A stretch of 52,804 nucleotides of DNA from a virus (lineage: Duplodnaviria; Caudoviricetes). Location of the stretch: IMG/VR virus record IMGVR_UViG_3300030098_003801, positions 1-52,804 of that record. One strand, given 5' to 3'. Made by a program: the position numbers and the translations under genes. The notes below the pieces were generated by a model. It searched no databases. It saw only the letters and a list, made by a program, of their open reading frames with translations, and was not told where the DNA came from. Below, piece by piece: positions 45,060 through 52,804 of this stretch. Position 1 is the first letter of the stretch. Every line of letters starts with the position of its first letter.

Positions 45060-48000
45060 TGGTATCCTCCTTTTGTTTCTTCTTAGATTTCTTCTTTGCA
45101 AGCCTTTCGGCCTTCAACTGTTTCGCCAGATCTCCCTCACCCGGTTTAGCTCGGGTGCGAGGAGAGCGCACAGACTCCATTGCCTTGCGCGCCTTTTGCT
45201 CTCCATGAGCCACGGGGTAGCCCTTGCCGCCGGGCGACACCTTTGTGCCGGCGTATCCATTAGGAGTTAAAAAGCGGTAGTTTGGAAGATCTCGAACAAA
45301 CTTCGCGGCTCCCTCGGAGAGCTTACCGCTGGCTGCTCCAACGCCCAGCGTGCGATACAGCCGCTGCTCGTAGAACCACAGCAAAGCTTGGACTTGAAAG
45401 TCCTCAAACCCAGTAGCCTTGGCGATATTAGAGTAGATGCCTTCCGCAAATCTTTGTGAGTTAACAGCTTGTTTTACGATGTTGGGTGTTGCGTCGCCCG
45501 CAAGAAATACATTCCCATCTTTTTGCATAAGCCTGCCATAGCCGACGCGAGATAAGGCTTGGCGAGACATCCACACATCATAGGTCACGCCCGGAACGCC
45601 CATTAGGTTTCCGCCGTAAGTTCCGATCTTGGGACCATTGCCGTACAAGTTTGGCATAATCGTGCCGATAGGCACCTTGTGGGTTGGTCCTTGATGGTCG
45701 GGGGAGTAAAAGCCAGATTTTTGACGGGCCTCACGAATGCCGCGCTTGCTGTTTAGTTCGAGAAGCTCTCTTGCTGCGCCGTCAAGCCCAAGCTTGCGGA
45801 TACGGCTGTTGTAAAGAGCGAGGCCCTTCTGCACGGTTGACCCCCGCGTTCCGTAGCCCGCAAGCATTCCATCTTTTAAGGAGAAGGGGTTGCGCCCCGT
45901 CATGAAACCTTTTTGCGTTAACTCGGCGTAACTGGCAAGGGCGAACCTTCCGTTCTCGATCGGAGTTACACCGTTAGAGGTATAGCTTGCGATGTTCAGC
46001 AGCGTCATCCGATGAACTTCGCTCGTTTTTAGTTCAGGGAAGATTTCAGAAGATATTCTTAGAAACTCTCGGACATCGTCGGTATACCACTGCAAGAACT
46101 CTTTTGTGTCAGCGAGTTGGCTGACAAACTCTTCCATCAGTTGGTTCTGGGCGACCATAGCAGTCAGGGGGTCATCAACATCCAGCGGGCCTGTTGCCCC
46201 CGTGCTTTTTTTGAAGCGGTCATCCAGAAAAGAAAGAACGTCGTTGTTTTGGATCTTGGTCCCTTCTGGGACGTAAGGCTTTCCAGTGGCATCAAGGATG
46301 TTGTGTAGATTTTTATCTTCGCTAATGGTCTTGAGTGTGAACGAGGCCCGAGACCTTTTCAGGATCTCTGGCGCCGCCAGATTGATAGCCACAAGAGGTG
46401 CGGGTGGAGTTTGGACATTTGGGTACTGGTCGAGGATGTCTTGAGCAACCTCTTCCCCACGCTTAAAGCGGCTGCGCACCATTTTTTCTTGGAAGGCCCG
46501 TATCTCCTCTACTTCTTGGGGCTTGAGTCTGTACTGCTTGGCAAGTCCTTTTGTATCCTCTGGAGAAACTCGTCGAGTGACTCTGTCGAGGACTTGTGAA
46601 ATAGCTTCATATTCCGGCGTGGTTGCGCCTTGGAGGATTTCTTCGCCAAACTCCACCTCTAGGTCAGGGGTTTTAATCTCATCAAATGTATCCAAATGGA
46701 AGACAGCATCTTGGTCGCCGTTCTTAGCCAACCTTGCGGCCAGCAGCCGGCCCGCGGGAGTGTTCGGCGCCACAATAGAAACATCAAGAACGTACTTGTT
46801 TGTCTCGCCGTCAAACCACGCGCCCAAGTGGACGCCGTCAACGTCAAGCAGGTCTTCCATTGTCTGCACATAAGCTTTGAGGGTGTCAGAGGTAAACTCT
46901 TCTGGGGCAAGACGCAACTCTGTCGCCTTAAAGGGAGCAACGCTGTAACCAGTCTTCTCTGCGGTTTTTTTGCTCATGTCGTAAGTGACGCCGCCATTTT
47001 CTCGAATGGTTTCGGCAAGCTCTCTTGTCTCTTCTGGGGAGAGATTGTACCTGCGACTTTGAGCAAAGCGGCGCACAGCATCAGGAAGCTCAAGGGTGGC
47101 AATGTCTACCGCCCGCTGGTCTTTGGCCAGCCCGACATCGAGTTCTGCGCGCCGAGCGATCTCTTCGCCCTGCTGGACCGCATCGTCCACGTCAGAAAGC
47201 CCGCGTACATTTCGCGAAACGGGCGCCTCCTGAACCGGAAGAATGCCGGAGAGGTAAGTGGGCTTGTCTGCGGTGGCTGTGGTTTCGGCGGCCTCACGGG
47301 CAGCGGCCGGAGAAGATTCTGCCTGCGCTCTGCGCTTTGCGATGTCAGCGAGATTCTGGTCAATGTAACTTTGACGAACCCTAAGCCTCTGCGGGTCCTC
47401 CAAGATGGGCATGCCCTCGCCGCTCTCAACCCGAAGCCTTGCTTGCGAGGGAGAGTAGCCTAGCTCCTCTAAAGCGCGCAAAACTTCGTCGCCCTGCCCC
47501 GTGCGCAAGACATCTAATGCGGCGTCGGAGATCTCTTCGGCACCCTCGACGGCTTGTTCTGCGCCTTCTTTCGCGGCTTTGGTTCCGGCTTTCGCCGCCT
47601 CTGCCGCCGCCTCGGCCGCCTCATCTGCCGCTTTCGCTGCTTTGCCGCCGGGGATAAAGGCGGCGGCCGCAAGGACCGCGCCAGTGCGGCGCTGCGCAGG
47701 GGTGAGATTAGGATTGTCGTCCATCGCCTGTACGACCAAGTCGTACACTCCGCCAGCTACTGACGCGGGGTAGGCCACAATCTCCGCAGGAAGTGTTGGG
47801 CGTTCTTTGACGGCCCTCACAGCGCCGCCAACCACATCCGCGCCAAGGTCCATCTGTCCGAAGGGGGCGGTGGTAAGGTCACCTGTGTACCCAATGCCTT
47901 GTTCTGATGCACGCTCTTCAGCGGCAGTGGGTTTGCGGATCTCGGTCTTGCCGGTTGTGCTGCCCCCGCCTACTGTCCGGGTTTTGCCCAACGTAATCCC

Positions 48001-48303
48001 TAACTCTTTTGCAAGCGCCCGCTGCCGAGCGTCAGCCTGATCTTGCAGCACAAGCCTTTTGTCTTCAGTAGAAAGCTGGTCAAAAGGGGCGTAGTGCGGC
48101 GCCTTTGCATAAGCTAAGGACCGGTCATACTCGGCCTGTTGACGACCCTCTTCGGAAGCCGCAAACTCAGCTTCCTCCGCCGCTTCTTTTGCGGCCCGGT
48201 CTTGGGCCGACCGCCGCTGTAGCTCAAGCTCGACCGCAGAAGGTCCCGGTTCTTTTAGGCCCCACCGCTCGAGTAGCTCACTAATGTTCTTAGGAGCCGA
48301 CAT
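45049..48303 (-). CDS. Large multidomain protein (1084 aa) with a possible DNA-glycosylase-like C-terminal domain
   Basis: HLGAWFD...LDVS...QDAVFHL module; WY, GPKIGTYGGNL, VTYDVWMSR, QALLW. Confidence 0.6.
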   Translation of the reverse strand: MSAPKNISELLERWGLKEPGPSAVELELQRRSAQDRAAKEAAEEAEFAASEEGRQQAEYDRSLAYAKAPHYAPFDQLSTEDKRLVLQDQADARQRALAKELGITLGKTRTVGGGSTTGKTEIRKPTAAEERASEQGIGYTGDLTTAPFGQMDLGADVVGGAVRAVKERPTLPAEIVAYPASVAGGVYDLVVQAMDDNPNLTPAQRRTGAVLAAAAFIPGGKAAKAADEAAEAAAEAAKAGTKAAKEGAEQAVEGAEEISDAALDVLRTGQGDEVLRALEELGYSPSQARLRVESGEGMPILEDPQRLRVRQSYIDQNLADIAKRRAQAESSPAAAREAAETTATADKPTYLSGILPVQEAPVSRNVRGLSDVDDAVQQGEEIARRAELDVGLAKDQRAVDIATLELPDAVRRFAQSRRYNLSPEETRELAETIRENGGVTYDMSKKTAEKTGYSVAPFKATELRLAPEEFTSDTLKAYVQTMEDLLDVDGVHLGAWFDGETNKYVLDVSIVAPNTPAGRLLAARLAKNGDQDAVFHLDTFDEIKTPDLEVEFGEEILQGATTPEYEAISQVLDRVTRRVSPEDTKGLAKQYRLKPQEVEEIRAFQEKMVRSRFKRGEEVAQDILDQYPNVQTPPAPLVAINLAAPEILKRSRASFTLKTISEDKNLHNILDATGKPYVPEGTKIQNNDVLSFLDDRFKKSTGATGPLDVDDPLTAMVAQNQLMEEFVSQLADTKEFLQWYTDDVREFLRISSEIFPELKTSEVHRMTLLNIASYTSNGVTPIENGRFALASYAELTQKGFMTGRNPFSLKDGMLAGYGTRGSTVQKGLALYNSRIRKLGLDGAARELLELNSKRGIREARQKSGFYSPDHQGPTHKVPIGTIMPNLYGNGPKIGTYGGNLMGVPGVTYDVWMSRQALSRVGYGRLMQKDGNVFLAGDATPNIVKQAVNSQRFAEGIYSNIAKATGFEDFQVQALLWFYEQRLYRTLGVGAASGKLSEGAAKFVRDLPNYRFLTPNGYAGTKVSPGGKGYPVAHGEQKARKAMESVRSPRTRAKPGEGDLAKQLKAERLAKKKSKKKQKEDTNED

Positions 48304-48306
48304 GAC

Positions 48307-48894
48307 TCACCGTTCCTTGGCTTGGTCCACGGCCTTTTTCTGCGCAGCCGCAAGCGAATCGCGCATTCTCTCGGTGGCCTCTTCGGTTGTCTCGACAGGA
48401 CCGGGCTTGGCGCCTGCGCCCATTCCGTCCATGCGCATAAGCTTTTTTGCCTTGATTTCTGGAAGATCCGCTTCGTAAGTGTCGTACATCTCCTGCAAGC
48501 GTTTAAGCTCTGGAGACCTCGGGATAACTCTGCGGGCGATTTCCTCAAGAGAGGGCATGTCGGCGCCCTCTGGAGGCTCTTGGATCTCCGGCCCCTCGCC
48601 CGTCTGCTCATACGTGCGCTCAAGGTTCTCTGACATCTCTTGGAGCGCCTCTTCGTCCGTGTTGATGAGCCCGGAGTCTTTGCGCATGATACCTTGTAGG
48701 TCTTTCTTCCGATCAACTTCAAGCTTCGCCGGAGGGCTCATGCCTGCGGCAGCCTCCATCGCTTCGCCAAGGTCGGCGTCTTCCTCTGCGGCAACGGCGG
48801 CCTCTTCGGGGGACATGGTTGCGCGGGCTCGAGCAACAAGCTCTAGCAAAAGCGCCTGCTCTTCAGCGGTCAGTGGGACGGGAGCGTCAGCCAT
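48307..48894 (-). CDS. Acidic hypothetical protein
   Basis: GGAGG RBS before MADAPV. Confidence 0.65.
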   Translation of the reverse strand: MADAPVPLTAEEQALLLELVARARATMSPEEAAVAAEEDADLGEAMEAAAGMSPPAKLEVDRKKDLQGIMRKDSGLINTDEEALQEMSENLERTYEQTGEGPEIQEPPEGADMPSLEEIARRVIPRSPELKRLQEMYDTYEADLPEIKAKKLMRMDGMGAGAKPGPVETTEEATERMRDSLAAAQKKAVDQAKER

Positions 48895-49315
48895 TTTTGG
48901 CCTCCAAAACAACGGGAGTTCGAGTTTCCTCTAGCTCATCTGCATTAAAGTAATCGCCCCGCAACTTCTTCGTTTCTCGCTTAACCTGCACAAGTGCGGT
49001 CACGATGTCGGAATAAGTATCCTGCGGGGAGTCCGAGGTAGTGTTCTTCGCAGCAATAACAGTAAAGTTCATCTCGTGCCACGCGCGAAGTTCTTTGGCG
49101 ATGGCGGGGGTGATCCTCCCCTCCATCAGGGCGGCCATGATCTTGCAGCCGAAGCTGACTAGGTCATCGTAAGTTTTGACAGGATGCCCGGAGATAAAGT
49201 CTGCGACCTCTTTCCGCTTATCCTTTGGAACCAGCATCAACCACTGCGCGTAGTCCCCTCCGCCGCCCTCTGCCGGACGGCCTCTGCCCTGATTGCTTCG
49301 AGTGCGGTTGGCCAT
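48887..49315 (-). CDS. Hypothetical protein, candidate terminase small subunit
   Basis: AGGAG RBS; N-terminal GRGRP; first gene of the late block; function inferred from position only. Confidence 0.4.
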   Translation of the reverse strand: MANRTRSNQGRGRPAEGGGGDYAQWLMLVPKDKRKEVADFISGHPVKTYDDLVSFGCKIMAALMEGRITPAIAKELRAWHEMNFTVIAAKNTTSDSPQDTYSDIVTALVQVKRETKKLRGDYFNADELEETRTPVVLEAKNG

Positions 49316-49358
49316 CAACAAGCTCCTGTCTGATTATTAAGGTGGCGAAGGGTATCGG

Positions 49359-51860
49359 TCAAGCTTCTACGTCCGGCCAGTTAAGCTTTGAGGCGATCAC
49401 GCTGGCCGGCGATTCGGCGGAGCGCGTGAGATGCGCGAGGGTAATGCCCTTCCACACGCGAATAGATTTCCTCTGCCCGTTGAATGTTGTCTTGGTGACA
49501 ACGCTCTTGAAGTCTCGCTCGGACAACTGGCGACAGAAGAGAGAGTAGCTCTGCGGCCGCTGCTTCATGTCCTCGCACCACTCGGCGTAGTCCATGTAAA
49601 GCTGCTTCTTGGGAACCGACCTGTGCTTCCCAAAGACGCACCGCTCCTCCATATATTCGGAGAGCACATCCATCTCTTCACGGTACTCATCGGTGGCCAT
49701 CGTGACTTTCTGGGGCGGCTTCAGCCCGTTCTTCTGCCACAATAAGCAGCCTTCAACCAGCCTATTCAAGATACCCGGTGCTTCTTTCTTCAGCTTCTCA
49801 ATCAGGTGCGGGTCTTTTTTGTCGGCGGGGATCTTCCTCTTCCAAGGGATGCGGAGCACCCTTCGCCAGATCCCCTCATCGTTACCCTTGATGATCGGGC
49901 GATGGTTGGCGGCGATGCAGAGTTTGTGCGTCGGCATGAACTGGTAAAAGTCCTGACGCATCTTCCTTGCGCGAACCGGGTCACTTCCGGTCAACTGCTT
50001 GATCAGCACCTCGGCAAAGGGCTTGCCCTTCTCAACCTCTGCGTTAGCCACGAATCGCGCGCCCTCTAGGTCCGCAACCTCGGTAGGGTGTGACTCATTC
50101 TTCTTTGCCATCAGCAGTCCCGGCGCACCCTGAATGGCGTATTCTCCGAGAATGTGCATTAAAACTAGCAAAGCAGTGGTCTTGCCGTTTCCGCCCGTCC
50201 CCTCCATGAAGAGAAGAACTTGCTCTGTGACCAGACCCGTAAGGCAATAGCCGAAGAAACGATGGAGGAACTCGACGACTTCCTCGTCCTCCTCCATCAC
50301 ATACATAATGAACTCATCCCAGAGGGGGCACTTCGCGTCCACGTCCCATTCGACTGGGCTGATTTTTGTCATCAGGTCGGTCCTGTCGTGTGCACATAGT
50401 TTCCCTGTACGAAGGTCGATGGTTCCGTTAGCCACATTGAATAGCCACGGGTCAGCGTCAAGGCGGTCTGCGGGGATGCAAACCTCTTGCTCCGTCGAGG
50501 CGGTGGACACAAGAGAGTTTAGTGAGCCCCAGCTTTCGCTCCGCAGCGCATGGCGCTGGATGGCGCGACGCTCCCGGCGGTCGGTCTCCGCGTTGGCCTG
50601 TGCAAAGATGAGCGCCACAGTGGCCTTGGCATATCGGTGAATCACGCTGTTGACATCCCGCTCCCACCGGGCCCCGTCAAAAATATACCAAGAGTTTCTA
50701 GTGGGGCAGTAGCGGATGTCCGTCCCGAAAGAGGCGACCATCCTCTTTGCGTTGCCGAGGTCGGTCAAGTTGAAGTGCGCGGAGGACGAGGGCTCCAGAG
50801 GCCCGTGGTGGTGCCCGTCGTCGTCACCGCCACCGTTACCGAAATCTTCTCCGGCAAGCTCCTGTAGGCGACGCCAGCCTAGACTACGGTCATCCTCGTC
50901 CCTGCCGTGACCCCTACAGTTCTTGTGCAGACATCCGGCGGCAATCGCTCCGCTGTTAAACTGCACGATGTAGGCGCTGCGGTCAGTGTGCGATGCGTCC
51001 CACGGGCAAACATCAAACACCCACCGACGACCTTTGCCCTGCCAGTTTTCCGGCCCCTCTGCTGCGGGAAAATGATTTGCGACCCACAAATCCAGCCGAG
51101 CCTGATCCCCGCTAGATAGGGTATCACGCTTATTCTCCTTCGGAGAATCAGCAAGTAGCTCTTGCAGTTGCTGCTGCTGGACAGCTTTTTCCGGCAGATG
51201 GCCCGGAATGACGTGCGCCATCGGCCAAGGCTCGAGGCCCTTTCTTGCATATGTACCATAAACCTTCCATATGCGGGAAGGGTTGTAGACGGACTGGTCC
51301 ACAACGGCCACCCCGTCTTTATTAAAGCGGAAGGCTAAGAAATCGAGGAAGCGTTTGTGGTCCTGCGGGGTCAATCCCTCGCAGTCGTACATGAGATGGT
51401 AGCCGTTGCCCGAGTCTGCGAACAATGGCGCGGGCCATCCGCGCGAATCCAAGAATGTCCGCACCTTGCTCACCACCGACAGGGCACTTTCGCGCTGATC
51501 CTGCGTACTCGAGGTGTTTGCCGGGCGACATGGGTCAATATCCACTAAAATCCAGCGAATCTCCGCCACATCGGCGTCAGATGCCGCAGATCCGCGCCGA
51601 GCCACGCCCAATGTGTTGCGATTGCCCGGATGTAGGTCTGGATTCAGGGGGTTCGGGGTGAAGTAGACCCCTCTGGCCCCTTCATTGCACAGATACTCTG
51701 CTGCCTCCGCCAATAGGTCGTGGTCATCAAAGAATCCGTTGAGATTCCGGTAGCCTTCGTCCGTCTCGACCCCAAGTGCCCGCAGTTCCACTAGTTGTCC
51801 GGGGCGCAGTACCTTCTCGAAACCGCTTCTGATGCGGTCTCGCTTCGTTGTGTCCGTCAT
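49359..51860 (-). CDS. Primase-helicase (AEP-like N-terminus plus P4/D5-type SF3 helicase)
   Basis: VDID and DSGNGYHL; CPW...H and C.H..C zinc motif; TDLGNAKR, NGTIDLRTG, GTGGNGKTT, IKQLTGSD, GIWRR. Confidence 0.92.
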   Translation of the reverse strand: MTDTTKRDRIRSGFEKVLRPGQLVELRALGVETDEGYRNLNGFFDDHDLLAEAAEYLCNEGARGVYFTPNPLNPDLHPGNRNTLGVARRGSAASDADVAEIRWILVDIDPCRPANTSSTQDQRESALSVVSKVRTFLDSRGWPAPLFADSGNGYHLMYDCEGLTPQDHKRFLDFLAFRFNKDGVAVVDQSVYNPSRIWKVYGTYARKGLEPWPMAHVIPGHLPEKAVQQQQLQELLADSPKENKRDTLSSGDQARLDLWVANHFPAAEGPENWQGKGRRWVFDVCPWDASHTDRSAYIVQFNSGAIAAGCLHKNCRGHGRDEDDRSLGWRRLQELAGEDFGNGGGDDDGHHHGPLEPSSSAHFNLTDLGNAKRMVASFGTDIRYCPTRNSWYIFDGARWERDVNSVIHRYAKATVALIFAQANAETDRRERRAIQRHALRSESWGSLNSLVSTASTEQEVCIPADRLDADPWLFNVANGTIDLRTGKLCAHDRTDLMTKISPVEWDVDAKCPLWDEFIMYVMEEDEEVVEFLHRFFGYCLTGLVTEQVLLFMEGTGGNGKTTALLVLMHILGEYAIQGAPGLLMAKKNESHPTEVADLEGARFVANAEVEKGKPFAEVLIKQLTGSDPVRARKMRQDFYQFMPTHKLCIAANHRPIIKGNDEGIWRRVLRIPWKRKIPADKKDPHLIEKLKKEAPGILNRLVEGCLLWQKNGLKPPQKVTMATDEYREEMDVLSEYMEERCVFGKHRSVPKKQLYMDYAEWCEDMKQRPQSYSLFCRQLSERDFKSVVTKTTFNGQRKSIRVWKGITLAHLTRSAESPASVIASKLNWPDVEA

Positions 51861-51868
51861 GTCCCCTC

Positions 51869-52087
51869 CTAGAACAGCGCGTCAGATGATTGAATCTGCT
51901 CGAACTCCTCATCGTCGAAGCGCGTATTACGCAGCAACTCCGTGATCGCCAGTTCTGGTATCCTAAGTTGCCGCCCCACGCGATAAGCCCGTAGCTGCTG
52001 CGAGCGGATAAGCCGCTGAACCGTCCTTGAGCTTACGCGCAGGCGCTGCGCAACCTCGACGACGGACAAAAGTACATTCGATGACAT
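51869..52087 (-). CDS. Excisionase-like HTH DNA-binding protein
   Basis: LLSVVEVAQRLRVSSRTVQRLI...LRAYRVGRQLRI. Confidence 0.85.
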   Translation of the reverse strand: MSSNVLLSVVEVAQRLRVSSRTVQRLIRSQQLRAYRVGRQLRIPELAITELLRNTRFDDEEFEQIQSSDALF

Positions 52088-52171
52088 GCTCCCTCCTTGC
52101 CTGCCCTAAGTAACATAGCCGCCGTAAGCGTGCAAGGGGTGACAGGAAACGACATAGGCGACACGCCTCGG

Positions 52172-52470
52172 TGTCTACACTTGTCTACGTTTTGGTGTAG
52201 ACACGGTATTGGGCCTTGAAGCTGACCTTTGCCGAGGTGTCTACAGTGTCTACGCTTTTTTCCCTATTATAAGCTGGAGAACGTAATTTGGGGTGTACCA
52301 TATAGGGGGGTGTATCCATATGAATAGGGTACTTTTCCTTAGAGTGGAATGTATACCGTAGACAGCGTAGACATCGTAGACATATGGCCATAACAAAGGA
52401 TTAAGCTGGGATAATCTGTCTACACTTTGCCTCGACAGGGTGTAGACAAAGTGTAGACAAAGTGTAGACA
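52172..52470. repeat. Iteron-like TGTCTAC/GTAGACA array, putative replication origin
   Basis: 12 heptamer copies in both orientations around an AT-richer core. Confidence 0.75.
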
Positions 52471-52704
52471 AGAAAATGTCAAAAACCGCTGTCGTGTTGA
52501 GTCAGTAACCCAGTAATACATGCTGCTCGGCGAAAACCGGGGATGGTCCGTCGCGCCCCCCGCCTGCGTCGGCACCCCTTTCTGCGCGTCGCGCCCCCCT
52601 CGCGGCACCATCCTCTCGGGGCCCAGAACCCCCTCTCACGACCCCTCTCAAGCGGTGGGGGTTGACCCTCGTGGGGAGCTACCGGCCGGACCTCGTCACC
52701 CCCT

Positions 52705-52802
52705 CATGTGGGACACCCCGTTTCGGGTCGATCTGGGTGCCTCGTGCAGGGTGTCTCGGACCCCTCTCCAACATGTGGTGGTCTCACCCCATCCTGATCA
52801 GG
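52705..52802. repeat. Terminal direct repeat, right copy
   Basis: Identical to 1-98. Confidence 0.9.
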
Positions 52803-52804
52803 GG

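Noticed and set aside
51869-52087. Excisionase implying a temperate lifestyle
   Set aside because: No integrase or repressor recognised; this HTH family also acts as a general regulator
52185-52611. Short ORFs over the heptamer array
   Set aside because: Their repetitive translations simply reflect the DNA repeats

Overview
The window is an apparently complete ~52.7 kb GC-rich tailed-phage genome with podovirus-like virion genes. Its first 98 nt recur at 52705-52802. The + strand carries a cluster of small early-type genes, then replication and recombination genes: DUF932-like protein, SNF2 helicase, PD-(D/E)XK nuclease, AAA ATPase, SSB, a UDG-like/PolA fusion, an ABC-type ATPase and an NlpC/P60-like hydrolase. 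The - strand carries an HTH protein, primase-helicase, terminase, portal, scaffold, capsid, adaptor, nozzle and large putative ejection proteins. I see no integrase, RNA polymerase, tRNA or CRISPR array. The main find is four type III hammerhead ribozymes, one in each of the first four intergenic spacers (744-792, 1052-1103, 1497-1551, 2350-2404). Each has the layout stop codon - UNCG hairpin - GUC cleavage site - hammerhead - RBS - ATG, suggesting the early polycistronic mRNA cuts itself into monocistronic units, in the role RNase III sites play in T7. A second candidate is a structured RNA after the SSB gene (12909-13073) whose loops are complementary to the phage's own ribosome-binding sites. 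A 12-copy heptamer array at 52172-52470 is a likely replication origin. Protein calls come from motif recognition by eye, not database searches.
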